This document shows, piece after piece, positions 1 to 12,441 of a stretch of 64,000 nt of DNA. The stretch comes from Octopus sinensis. Lineage: Eukaryota. The position numbers and the translations under genes were made by a program. Under the pieces are notes generated by a model. The model was not told where the DNA came from and made no database searches. It saw only the letters and a program-made list of their open reading frames with translations. The stretch's first letter is position 1. Every line of letters starts with the position of its first letter. The DNA lies in assembly GCF_006345805.1 (NCBI RefSeq), contig NC_043008.1:12834001-12898000 (forward strand). The letters are read 5' to 3'.

Positions 1-119
1 AGGTGGAATGTTTAAACATCATTTGTAAAATGTTGAACAGGTAAAAAAAAGGACAAAATTCGTGGCATCTTTAATTAGGAGATCGCTTCTAGGAGCACAG
101 CACATGCAACATTATGCAT

Positions 120-149
120 GTATATATGTATATATATATATATATATAT

Positions 150-191
<42 letters not shown>

Positions 192-279
192 ATATACATA
201 TATATGCACATACCTATATTATGCGTATATGCAATGGTATCTCTATGCCATTGTGTCACATATGTATATAATATTTTTA

Positions 280-324
<45 letters not shown>

Positions 325-325
325 A
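120..325. repeat. (TA)n-rich microsatellite, representative of dozens across the window (e.g. 9710-9870, 17805-17960, 20385-20700, 24535-24615, 27040-27440, 30175-30480, 58290-58520, 63430-63860)
   Basis: Direct dinucleotide runs; they account for the Y/I-rich pseudo-ORFs in the track. Confidence 0.98.
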
Positions 326-682
326 TTTTCTCATCGTTATCGTTATTGAGTGGACCATGAAAAGGCATTCTGTTGCATACAAGAAGGAAACAGTGCATAT
401 TATTCTCTGCAACGTTTTTGATAATAAATATGTTGGCTCTCAGTTTTTAGACATTGAATTCTTCATTCTCAGAGATCGAAACATATCTGTTTGAACTATA
501 CTCTCTCTCTCACACACACACATGCACACTCACACATATAAACAATCTAATATCGCGGCATATTAGCTTCCTCAATGGAAAAAAAAAGTGGGATTACCGT
601 ATGCATGGGATACAGATCCGCACCAACGTACCCACGCACTTCTTTAAACTTTAAAAAATATTGTTATTTGCAGAATATAATG

Positions 683-1078
683 CGGTGAGCTAGCAGAATT
701 GTACGCTGGGCGAAATGCCTAGCGGTATTTCGTCTGCTGTTACGTTCTGAGTTCAAATTCCGCCGAGGTCGACTTTTCCTTTCATCCTTTCGGGGCCGAT
801 TAAATAAGTACCAGTTGCGCACTGGGGTCGATATAATCGACTTAATCCGTTTGTCTGTCCTTGTTTGTCCCCTCTGTGTTTAGCCCCTTGTGGGTAGTAA
901 CTAAATAGGTATTTCGTCTGCCGTTATGTTCTGAGTTCAAATTCTGCCACGGTCGACTTTGCCTTTCATCCTTTCGGGGTTCGATGACTTAGATACTAAT
1001 GAAACACTAGGGTCGAAGTAATCGTCTTGTTCCCTCCCACCAAATTTCAGCCCTTGTGCCTATAGTAGAAACGATTAT
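683..1078 (+). mobile_element. tRNA-derived SINE family A, head-to-tail dimer
   Basis: Head ggtgagctagcagaattg...gttctgagttcaaattccgcc (A/B-box-like), body gcctttcatcctttcgggg..gataaataagtaccag; a second unit restarts at ggtatttcgtctgccg near 908. Confidence 0.9.
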
Positions 1079-1080
1079 TT

Positions 1081-1111
<31 letters not shown>

Positions 1112-1678
1112 CACGCATATATATATATATGCGCACGTGTGTGCCGCGTATAAACGCTGTTTCATTTGAATATGTAATGAATTTATAAATTCAAATTTTG
1201 ATAAAGTATAATTCAACAAGATAAATTCTGGTTTGCTAGATTGTTTGAAATAAAGAACCATTCCACCATTTTATTGACTCTGATCTTCTTTATTCTGATA
1301 TTCTCAAGGGAAGCGGCTTCTCAGTTTGTTGCCCTTCATATGTCTCCGATTGTCTATTTGTTTGTCTTTTACATCGATTTGCTTCTCTTCCATCTTTTCC
1401 TTCTTCCCGCTCTTAACCATTCTCACTTTCACTCCTTGTTAATTCGACGCTTCAAACATCGTAGCTTCATTAGCTCAACTTCATCTAATTTTAATCCTCG
1501 CCCCGTACGCACGCACACATACGCACATACTCACAGGCATAGGCAGACAGATAGACAGACAGGCTCCTTTCTATCCCTTTCGTTTTCGATGTCTCTCTCT
1601 CTCACACACATTCGCATACACTCTGAAGATTGCCTTTCCGGATAATGTAATAAACAGCTCGTCCTTAACCTCACTCAC

Positions 1679-1803
1679 CTCTTAAATCTACAGCTGTCAC
1701 AAACTAACTTTCTATCGTTTGCTAGCCACCTACTTTGACGGAGTTTCGCTTGCGTGATAAAAGCAGCTAATGGAAGGTGACATGTGACTTGGCCTTTTAT
1801 ATA
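1679..1803 (-). promoter_or_regulatory. Candidate TATA-box promoter plus short first exon ending in an AG|GTGAGT donor
   Basis: Minus strand CTATATAAAAGG (1804-1793), Inr-like CCATTAGCT about 30 nt downstream, consensus donor after 1679. Confidence 0.35.
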
Positions 1804-2071
1804 GAGTGACACTGAACATCAAAGCAATTATCTCACCTCTCCGAACATACGACAATACCAATAAGCAGTCGTTTGACCTACCACATTTTGCCGTTAATTC
1901 CACTTCTGCTCACACATTGTAAAAAACCATATTGTATAAAATGGAGTATAAGCGCAAAATGGTTGATAGAAAGATAAAACGATCATCACTGATGTCTTTG
2001 ATCGTTCAACTGTTCGATAAGTGCAGTATTAGGTTTTCTTAAGAATGAATTCATTTCGGCTGATGAAGAAG

Positions 2072-2167
2072 CAGTAACAGTGATTAATAGATATAACAGC
2101 GATTATCTGCAAGATATAATAGTGATTATCTGCAGATATAACAGTGGTTATCTGCAAGATATTACAG
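2072..2167. repeat. About 23-bp minisatellite (agatataacagtgattatctgca), about 4 copies
   Basis: Direct tandem repeats visible; each unit is partly self-complementary. Confidence 0.85.
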
Positions 2168-2924
2168 GCAATTTACCTCAAATCTCATAATCCTCCTATC
2201 ATCTGAAAAATGATACCTACGTTATATATTAGAATCCTCGATAAACAACACTCGGAAAAGTATTACCAAAATTGGTTTGGTTCAACGGCGGAGGCAATGT
2301 GTTGGTCATTCGGAGAACCCTTGAATTTGATGTCAACATCTTGAGTTTGCCGTCTAGACAAACTTACGCTGCTGACAGAAAGTGCGTCCACCTAAAAGTA
2401 TAAATCGAAACCGACCGCCATTAGCTCTCATTCCTGAAATGGCACAGTTTTGGCCTGAACGCACTTTAACATAATCCTGTTTAGTGAGTGCGAACCTCGA
2501 TTTAACCACTGTAGCATTATGGTGAGAATTTTAATAAAACACAGACAGGGAATAAAAATATACAATATATTTCAAAGGAAGCAGGTAAAAATTGTTTACG
2601 CTTTGTAAAGAGAGACGAATAATGTTACAATTTTCGACGGTTTATTCTGAAATATTGTCATTGCGTTTACAATTTGGGTGATTGATTGATTGTTTGCCCG
2701 CGAAACCAACGTCTCCGATTCGGTCCGTCAGGAAATAAATAAGGAGAGTAAATCATACAGCCAAGAAAACTAATTTTAAAAATCTTTTCCCATTCATGTC
2801 CTACTTAGTTGTTACTTCTTGGAGTAGGATTTAATATTAGTTCAAATAAAACAAAAATTTCGAGGGAACAATATAGTTACTACTAAAGGAAACAGCTCTC
2901 TTCATCTTTCTTTATCTATCTTTC

Positions 2925-2943
2925 AGTCTATCTGCTTGCCTGT

Positions 2944-3026
<83 letters not shown>

Positions 3027-3028
3027 AC

Positions 3029-3077
<49 letters not shown>

Positions 3078-3324
3078 TTATTTTTAACGAAGGAAGGTAA
3101 TTGCAAACATAAAAGTCTACGAATATATGTGTGAGTGTGCGTGTGTGTTTGTACACACATGTTTTCCCCAATCTTACAAACAGAAAACATTTTGTAGATT
3201 TTATTACCTTTTCCGAAATTGCCGTTTCCCTTTCTCGAAGAGAAACTTCAGCTATGATTACTAGTACACGCGCACACATGCACATAGACAGACAGACAGA
3301 CAAACAGGCAGACAGATAGATAGT

Positions 3325-3385
<61 letters not shown>

Positions 3386-3442
3386 GGATATGAATAGATA
3401 GATAGATAAATAGATAGATAGTTAGATAGATAGATAGATATA

Positions 3443-3505
<63 letters not shown>

Positions 3506-3600
3506 TATGGATAGATAGATAGATCGATGGATGAATGGATAGATGGATAGATAAACAGAAAGACAGATAAATACACACATACATACTTACATACATACAT
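2925..3600. repeat. (TATC)n + (CA)n block and oppositely oriented (GATA)n block
   Basis: TATC run 2940-3027, CA run 3035-3076, GATA/GACA run 3290-3565. Confidence 0.95.
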
Positions 3601-4189
3601 ATGGGTGTACCAACGTGTGAGAGAGGCGTGTGTATATGTGTGTTTGTGTGAGTGTGTGTGTATGAGGGAAAAAGTGAAGGAGAAAGAGAGAGACAGAGTG
3701 GTTTTGAATGAGTGACTCCGTGCGTTTATTTGAGTATAGTATGTGTATTTGTATTCTAGTCCTATAGTGTATGCTTGTGTCTTTTGTTGTTTTTTATTTT
3801 GGTTTATTTCGTTTGTATATTTGTCTGTAAGTGTTCCGTTGCAGAATGACCAAGGTGAAAGTTATAAAAGAACGTCGGTTTTCTCACTATAGAGTTCCTG
3901 ACAAATCACTTCCATAATTCAAGTTGAAATGTGCACGTTTGGTTGAGAAATCGCGTATATTTATCGAATGGTTCTCTCACATCTAAACTGTAGATGCATT
4001 CTGTGTTAGTGACCTATAAACTCCAATAAATGTGTCAGTTCATATGGTCTGTTCTACGACGAAACAATCATTTCCAGCTTGGAGGGGAAAAAGAAACAAT
4101 TTCGAAGCAGATGTGTGATAATATGATGCTGCTTCTTATTGTAATGAACGCAGTAAAGGCTGAAAGTATAGCAGCGAGCTGGCAGAAAC

Positions 4190-4410
4190 GTTAGCACACC
4201 GGGCAAAATGCGTACCAGTATTTCGTCTGCCGTAACTTTCTGAGCTCAAATTCCGCCGAGGTCGACTTTGCCTTTCATCCTTTCGGGGTCGATTAAATAA
4301 GTACCAGTTACGCACTGGGGTCGATATAATCGACTTAATCCGTTTGTCTGTCCTTGTTCGCCCCCACTGTGTTTAGCCCCTTTTGGGTAGTAAAGAAATG
4401 GGTATTTCGT
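4190..4410 (+). mobile_element. SINE family A copy
   Basis: gcgagctggcagaaacgttagcacaccgggc...gtcgactttgcctttcatcctttcggggtcgat...gggtagtaaagaaat. Confidence 0.9.
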
Positions 4411-4689
4411 CATCATCATCGTCGTCGTCATCATCATCATTGTCATCAGGAAATCTTGTACCATAGTTCACATTCATCTTTGTGAAATTGATTAAAAAAG
4501 TGTAATATTCAAATACCGGAATCGAATTAATTGATTCAGACACCATGTTCCACCGTTCCTCAAAAACCATTTTATCATTGTGTCTGTGTTAGAAATAAGT
4601 ATTTTAAATAAAAATGAATTCGTTTATGGTTTTTGAGTTCAAATCACCTCGGGATTGTTTACATTTTTTACTCCCCCAGAATCTATTAA

Positions 4690-5305
4690 ATTTCTTTCTA
4701 AGTTTACCACAAAGCTTCAGGTTTTAAGAGGAATAGAAAGGCGATTATGTCGACCCTTGTGTTTCACTGGTACTTAATTTGTCGATCCTGAAAGTATAAG
4801 CAATCTAATCGATCTGTGCTACATTTGCACTCATAACGTGAAAACTGGCTGTAATACTGCCAAGCAATTTGTTCGACGTGATAACTGTTTGCTGGCTCGC
4901 CGCCCTCAGCTTCAATTGAATTTATGGCTATACATTTTGGCACAAGATAGGAAATAAGTCGATTACATCAAACCCCGTACTTAACTGGTACTTAAATTAT
5001 CGACCCCGAAAGGATGAATGGCAAAGTCGACCAATGCGGAATTTAAACTCAGAACGTAACGGCAGAGGAAATACCTATTTCTTTACTACCCACAATGGGC
5101 TAAACACAGAGAGGACAAACAAGGACAGACAAACGGATTAAATCGATTACATCGATCCCAGTAACTGGTACTTAATTTCTCGATCCCGAAAGGATGAAAG
5201 GCAAAGTTGATCTCGGCGGACTTTGAACTCAGAACGTAGCGCCAGACGAAATACCGCTAAGCATTTCGCCCGGCGTGCTAATGTTTCTGCCAGCTCACCG
5301 CCTTC
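4690..5305 (-). mobile_element. SINE family A: degenerate copy (4690-4905) plus dimer (4945-5305)
   Basis: Reverse complement of the family A head and body (cgaaaggatgaaaggcaaagtcgacc, aatttgaactcagaacgta). Confidence 0.85.
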
Positions 5306-5584
5306 TCAGAATCTACCAGATATAATCAGCTGTAAAATCTCTTGTATGTATATCTGCGGTATAAATTTAGGTGTTTTGTTATAGTATCGGAGGTGCATCG
5401 AACAAGAATTGTTGCAGTATTTAGTAGTTCGTTGTTGCTTTCAGAATTGAAAATCTTGTCCTGCGCCTCTGCAAGAAACTATTTTAACTGGTCGATTTGT
5501 ATACTCGTTGGGATATCACCAAAAATTAGTTGCGGTATTTAGCCGGCAATTCCAAGATTAACATTGTTTTATTTTACAAGGATT

Positions 5585-5935
5585 AATACAATTACGAGGA
5601 GGAGACCCCCTTCGGTCACGACACTGACCATGGGATTTCACCTAGAAAGTTACCCTCCGAGGCACAATCAGAGCAAGATTGTTTGTGGAAGACCAGCAGT
5701 CGCCAATGCATACAAGCCTCCCTTCTCCACACCACCAGTGTTATCCAAGGGAAAGGCAAAAGCCGATACAGCTTGGCACCAGTGATGTCGTAACTCTTTA
5801 CAGATGAGTGAACTGGAGCAACGTGAAATAAAGTGCCTTGCCCAAGAACACAACGCACAGTCCAGTCCGGGAATCGAACTCACAACCTCACGATCGTAAG
5901 CTCGACGCTCTAACCACTGAGCCATGCGCCTTCAT
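5585..5935 (-). mobile_element. tRNA-derived SINE family C with CORE-like segment
   Basis: Minus strand ggcgcatggctcagtggttagagcg...gagttcgattcccgg (A/B boxes), then gtgttcttgggcaaggcactttatttc, resembling the CORE-domain ccttgggcaag motif. Confidence 0.8.
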
Positions 5936-6049
5936 TAATTTAAGTGACTCCCCCACCCTCTAAAATATGTGGCTTTGAGCGTATGCTACCTACCCTTGTT
6001 ATGTTTAGTATTATGTTTTAAATGCTTCTGTTTATTTAATTTTTATTTA

Positions 6050-6461
6050 CTCTTTACTCTTTTACTCTTTTACTTGTTTCAGTCATTTGACTGCGGCCAT
6101 GCTGGAGCACCGCCTTTAATCGAGCAACTCGACCCCGGGACTTATTCTTTTGTAAGCCCAGTACTTATTCTATCGGTCTCTTTTGCCGAACCGCTAAGTA
6201 ACGGGGACATGAACACACCAACATCGGTTGTCAAGCAATGCTAGGGGGACAAACACAGACGCACAAACACACACGCATATATATATATACATATATACGA
6301 CGGGCTTCTTTCAGTTTCCGTCTACCAAATCCACTCACAAGGCTTTGGTCGGCCCAAGGCTATAGTAGAAGACACTTGCCCAAGGTGCCACGCAGTGGGA
6401 CTGAACCCGGAACCATGTGATTGGTAAGCAAGCTACTTACCACACAGCCACTCCTGCGCCT
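6050..6461 (-). mobile_element. tRNA-derived SINE family B, full length, with internal (CA/TA) microsatellite
   Basis: Head aggcgcaggagtggctgtgtggtaag...gggttcagtcccactgcgtggcaccttgggcaag; 3' end ggcggtgctccagcatggccgcagtcaaatgactgaaacaagtaaaagag. Confidence 0.92.
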
Positions 6462-6467
6462 ATTTAC

Positions 6468-6506
<39 letters not shown>

Positions 6507-9500
6507 TCCATTCATTGGTTTATTTATTTATTTAGATATTTCCAGCTTCCTCTGTTGCAGTAACATAATCCTCTATCTAGATTTTTCTTTGTATTAAATT
6601 TATATTCTTTTTCAAACATTGATTTCCGAAATGTTTCGAAGTTTTTCTATAATAGGTATCTGATCTACATGTTCTTTTCGCATTTGGTAGGATTATTTTG
6701 TAAAGAATGTATTTTTAAAGACTCACATTTCCCTAATTCTTATGCATTTTAAAATTTATTATTTGCTTAAGTATTCCAGTGTTTGCTGATGTGTTTTCGC
6801 ATTGTTGATGTTATATTTATATTATCCTGTGTACCGTATTCATCTTATATATTTCTTGAAATATTGCCTACTCTAATTTGGGTTATCTTACATTCTTCAG
6901 TACAGAAATTTTCTATCCCATTCTTTAATTTAGCCTTCCAGTCTTCTGTTCATAACTGGTATTTCTTATCTTGTATGAAAACATTTTTGCCAAATATATT
7001 CGCATTTTCAATTAGAAAAAGAATACAAGTGAAGACTACGTTTGAACGGTTAATTTTTCTTTCTACAATTGAGTAGTTTAATCTCTGTCTATGATCCATA
7101 GGGATGTGTTTAAAATATTGAGTTGCTATCATACTAATTACTTCAGTTGTTCAGCAACTAAGGCTATTCATAATACGGTAGCACATGGCTTAGTGGTTAG
7201 AGCAGCGGACTCGGAATCGTGGGTTCAAATCTCAGACCGGGTGATGCGTGTGTTTATGAGCGAAACATCAAAGGTTCACGCGCCTCCGGCAGAATGTAAT
7301 GGCGAACTTCTGCTGACTCTTTCGCCCCAACTTTCTCTCACTCTTTCCTCCTGCATCTTTCAGCTCACCTGCGACGGACTGGCGTCCCGTCCAGATGGGT
7401 AACCTATACGCCAAGGAAACCGGGAAACCGGTCCTTATGAGCCAGGGATTGTTCGAGAAGGTACTAGTTCGATATTTAGTGCTCTCAAATTTAAATTTAA
7501 TGAAATCTTGTGCTGATGAAAGGAATATTGGAATAGGGTTGTCTTTCTAGCATCTCTGTATCCAGTTAACCCAGAAACGCGTTCACAAGTGATCAATCTT
7601 TCGAATGAACTCTCGTTATTTTTCCCTCTATACCGGCGTGAAATGTTTTTGAGTATACATTATCTGGGAGACTCCTCTTAAATTAGAAGAAATAGCAAAA
7701 TATTTTGGCTGCTATTTCTAAAAGTTCGGTGTGTGGTAAAGCAAAATTTTTGCTGAACCCTAATTATATAAAATAATGTTTAAATTTCCCGTAAATGGTC
7801 CTTTTACATGCTGAACACTGCTTGGTAAAATTATTAATTACTAATTAATTAATTAATTTTACCCTTAGTATTATATATGCATATCTATCAATGTAATATA
7901 TACATGAATGTATACCATACATATGTATACACACACATACACACACACACACACTTATATATATATATACATGTTTGGATACGTACATATATATATATAT
8001 ATATAAATATATACATATATACGACGGGCTTCTTTCAGTTCCGTCTACCAAATCCACTCACAAGGCTTTGGTCGGCCCAAGGCTATAGTAGAAGACACTT
8101 GCCCAAGGTGCCACGCAGTGGGACTGAACCCGGAACCATGTGATTGGTAAGCAAGCTACTTACCACACAGCCACTCCTGCGCCTATTTACTTATGTATTT
8201 ATTTATTTATTTATTTATTTATCCATTCATTGGTTTATTTATTTATTTAGATATTTCCAGCTTCCTCTGTTGCAGTAACATAATCCTCTATCTAGTTTTT
8301 CTTTGTATTAAATTTATATTCTTTTTCAAACATTGATTTCCGAAATGTTTCGAAGTTTTTCTATAATAGGTATCTGATCTACATGTTCTTTTCGCATTTG
8401 GTAGGATTATTTTGTAAAGAATGTATTTTTAAAGACTCACATTTCCCTAATTCTTATGCATTTTAAAATTTATTATTTGCTTAAGTATTTCCAGTGTTTG
8501 CTGATGTGTTTTCGCATTGTTGATGTTATATTTATATTATCCTGTGTACCGTATTCATCTTATATATTTCTTGAAATATTGCCTACTCTAATTTGGGTTA
8601 TCTTACATTCTTCAGTACAGAAATTTTCTATCCCATTCTTTAATTTAGCCTTCCAGTCTTCTGTTCATAACTGGTATTTCTTATCTTGTATGAATACATT
8701 TTTGCCAAATATATTCGCATTTTCAATTAGAAAAAGAATACAAGTGAAGACTACGTTTGAACGGTTAATTTTTCTTTCTACAATTGAGTAGCTTAATCTC
8801 TGTCTATGATCCATAGGGATGTGTTTAAAATATTGAGTTGCTATCATACTAATTACTTCAGTTGTTCAGCAACTAAGGCTATTCATAATACGGTAGCACA
8901 TGGCCTAGTGGTTAGAGCAGCGGACTCGGAATCGTGGGTTCAAATCTCAGACCGGGTGATGCGTGTGTTTATGAGCGAAACATCAAAGGTTCACGCGCCT
9001 CCGGCAGAATGTAATGGCGAACTTCTGCTGACTCTTTCGCCCCAACTTTCTCTCACTCTTTCCTCCTGCATCTTTCAGCTCACCTGCGACGGACTGGCGT
9101 CCCGTCCAGATGGGTAACCTATACGCCAAGGAAACCGGGAAACCGGTCCTTATGAGCCAGGGATTGTTCGAGAAGGTTCTCGATTGTTCGATTTTTAGTG
9201 CTCTCAAATTTAAATTTAATGAAATCTTGTGCTGATGAAAGGAATATTGGAATAGGGTTGTCTTTCTAGCATCTCTGTATCCAGTTAACCCAGAAACGCG
9301 TTCACAAGTGATCAATCTTTCGAATGAACTCTCGTTATTTTTCCCTCTATACCGGCGTGAAATGTTTTTGAGTATACATTATCTGGGAGACTCCTCTTAA
9401 AGTAGAAGAAATAGCAAAATATTTTGGCTGCTATTTCTAAAAGTTCGGTGTGTGGTAAAGCAAAATTTTTGCTGAACCCTAATTATATAAAATAATGTTT

Positions 9501-9720
9501 AAATTTCCCGTAAATGGTCCTTTTACATGCTGAACACTGCTTGGTAAAATTATTAATTACTAATTAATTAATTAATTTTACCCTTAGTATTATATATGCA
9601 TATCTATCAATGTAAATATATACATGAATGTATACCATACATATGTATACACACACATACACACACACACACACTTATATATATATATACATGTTTGGAT
9701 ACGTACATATATTATATATA
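6285..9720. repeat. Near-identical tandem duplication, unit about 1.72 kb
   Basis: ORFs 7091-7402 and 8806-9117 are identical (offset 1715); the SINE B fragment repeats at offset about 1723; junction lies in (TA)n near 8000. Confidence 0.95.
7174..7460 (+). mobile_element. tRNA-derived SINE family D (V-SINE-like central motif); duplicate at about 8889-9180
   Basis: Head ggtagcacatggcttagtggttagagc..gggttcaaatctc; body cctgcgacggactggcgtcccgtccag...gaaaccgggaaaccgg. Confidence 0.7.
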
Positions 9721-9727
9721 TATATAA

Positions 9728-9768
<41 letters not shown>

Positions 9769-10644
9769 CAAATAAATATATATATACATACATATATACA
9801 TATATTTATATATATATATATATATACATACATGCATACATACATACATACATATGTATATATATATTGTTGAAAGTGACAGGGAAGTTTGGGCCAGATA
9901 AGCTATCGTAGGAGTACAAAAGTAATGAGTAATCCATCAGATTATATAAAAATGTTCTTATTATAGCTACTCATATAAAGCAAATATGTATATACTGTTA
10001 ACATATACACACGTGTGTGTGTGCACGAGTCTGTGCGTGTGTAATTTTAATACTACGTGTCATGCCAATGTTAAGTAATTACACTTATATTATGCAGAAC
10101 CGATACTATCATTAAACAATACAACTGTGTGCCATTGCGATTTTCCTGCAATACATACATTTATATATATATATCATTCGATATTGCAGAGAAAAATCGA
10201 TTACTAAGCAGTTTGACCTACTACCTTATTGACTATTCTATGCTGACATTTATAACCTGCGTTGTGAATATCTGATGTCTATCATGGAAAAGTATTGAAC
10301 ACGAAGTGATTATATTACTGTGATTAAACTTAGTGTCTTAGAGCTGTCTGAAATATTTGGTTCAGTTATAAAACTTCACCCAAATGTAAGAATGAGCTAT
10401 GGCGTTAATTCATTTTCAATTTACTTTTCTGTGCGTGGGTTTCCATATCTTGGATTTGTATCAAGAATTTTTGAACTTGAAGAATAGGATTTAGATTAAG
10501 TGTTTAGACATTTTGTTGCTATTATTTCTTCATCCGATGAGGTTGAATACTGAAGAAGATGAAATGTTCTGAATGCGAGCGTCCTGGATGGATTGGTTAA
10601 GAAATTTTCCTTACATTCAGAGGGTCTCAAGATTAATCTTATTT

Positions 10645-10878
10645 CTTATTTCTTTATTGCCCACAAGGGGCTAAACATAAAGGGGACAAACAAGGACAGA
10701 CAAACGGATTAAGTCGGTTATATCGACTCCAGTGCGGAACTGGTACTTAATTTATCGATCCCGAAAGAATGAAAGGCAAAGTTGACCTCGGCGGAATTTG
10801 AACTCTGAACGTAACGGCAGACGAAATAGCGCTAAGCATTTCGGCCGTCGCGTTAACGTTTCTGCCAGCTCGCCGTCT
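10645..10878 (-). mobile_element. SINE family A copy
   Basis: Reverse complement of the family A head, body and tail. Confidence 0.9.
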
Positions 10879-11099
10879 TTTAATCTTATTGCTCCCGAGT
10901 TACTCCAAGCCTCCTCGGTAAGAAAAAAGGGGGCTGAGTGGAATCCTGTAGGAAGTATTCCATGGTGTGTAGTGAAGCTCGCTTGTGATGAATGGCTTTT
11001 GCGTGAGCATGTGACGAGTGCCTACTTCTTTAGCGCTGGAACTACCCATGTCTTGTGAGTGAATTTGGTAGACGGAAACTGTGTAGATGCCCATCATAT

Positions 11100-11131
<32 letters not shown>

Positions 11132-11326
11132 AATATATCAAAGTAAGCAACAAGGATATCCAGAGATAATGCAGTACGATCGTTTCATGTGATTTCATTT
11201 AATTGAACAATGAAATCATTTCATTACATCAATTTAAAATGTAGAGCAATCTTCAGCTGCACAAAGACATAGAATTTAATTAAATTAGGACACATTAGTA
11301 TAATTTTACCCAAAATCTCCAAGAGA

Positions 11327-11378
<52 letters not shown>

Positions 11379-11379
11379 G

Positions 11380-11599
11380 CAGTAATCCATCGACTATCGC
11401 GGGTGTTAGGTTCCAAACACCCTGCGAAAAGTGAAAATCTGCCAAGTAGAAACAGTACTTCACTGTAGGTTATTTTATTATTATATTAATTTGTATATAT
11501 TTATTTTATTATAAATGCAAAGCAACACCACGGTGGGATCGACGTAAGCTTTAATATTCAACTGCGATAGGGGAACCACGATATGGCGAAGGATTACTG
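11380..11599. mobile_element. Non-autonomous pogo/Tigger-like MITE
   Basis: TIRs cagtaatccatcgactatcgcgg and (rc) cagtaatccttcgccatatcgtgg; TA on the right flank, TG on the left. Confidence 0.7.
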
Positions 11600-12203
11600 T
11601 ATATATATATGAGAAAGTTGGTGTGTGAAAGCACGTGGTTGGATATATAGAAAATAGAAAAGAGTGAAAAAACTACAGAAGGCTTGTTTTATAAGGTTAA
11701 AGAATATATTTAAGTCGTTATGTTAGAAAAATGTTAGAAAATTTTGCATATAGTAACATAGTTTTTGGAGAAATTACCGGTTTCGTGTTAACTTTTCAAA
11801 TTTCTCAAATATATAGATATATATATATATATCATATCATATATGTATGTGTGTGTGTGTTTGTCACTCCAGCTCCTTGATACCTAGTGCTAATTCCTTT
11901 ATGTTCCCATAACTTTGAGGTTTAATAAAAGACTGTTAGAATAAATACCAGACTTTCAAAAAAAGGCACACATGTACTGGGGTCGATTTGTTTGACTAAA
12001 CCCTTCAAAGTGGTGCCCCAACATGCCCAAGGTCCAATGGATGAAGCAAGTAAAAGACTAAATTTTAAATATCCATTCTTGACATATATTTTCTCAAACA
12101 CAATCGTATTAATGGTACATGTATTTCTGGAATACCCAACCACTTACATGAGAATTTAATGAGCTAGACATTTCGTTGACCAAAGTGCCGTCGGAGAAAT
12201 AAT

Positions 12204-12441
12204 CAATTCGTTGCTATTGTGCAAAAGTCTCGTAAGTCCAAAATGTTGCTTTTGCAGAAAACGAAAAAATAGTTTCACCATTCCATAGCAAACCTGTTGT
12301 ACTACACTTTGGTAATTTTTATATCTTGGCATACGATAGTTTGACCAAAAGAACCGACTATTGTAAGCAAAAATAAAAATTGTGAAAAAAGCGTTTGGCC
12401 AAATTTGGACATACGGCAGTTTAACATAATAGCAACGAAAT
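12204..12441. mobile_element. Degenerate MITE with about 45-bp terminal inverted repeats
   Basis: aattcgttgctattgtgcaaaagtctcgtaagtccaaaat vs rc of the right end atttcgttgctattatgttaaaactgccgtatgtccaaatt. Confidence 0.55.

Noticed and set aside
1-40. Possible plus-strand exon end VECLNIICKMLN followed by CAG|gtaaaa
   Set aside because: Truncated by the window edge and too short to support.
62-494. Many ORFs rich in Y/I, C/V, H/T, poly-I, poly-N or poly-L throughout the track
   Set aside because: Translations of (TA)n, (CA)n, (TATC)n and (AAT)n microsatellites, which lack stops in several frames.
5850-5935. tRNA-like sequences here and at 7174-7240, 18600-18680 and 33030-33090
   Set aside because: A/B boxes present but no complete cloverleaf or acceptor stem; they continue into SINE bodies.
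6238-6420. Recurrent ORFs ending ...[33 protein letters not shown] and MRNWYLIYRPRKDERQSRPRRNLNS
   Set aside because: Antisense translations of SINE B and SINE A, not genes.
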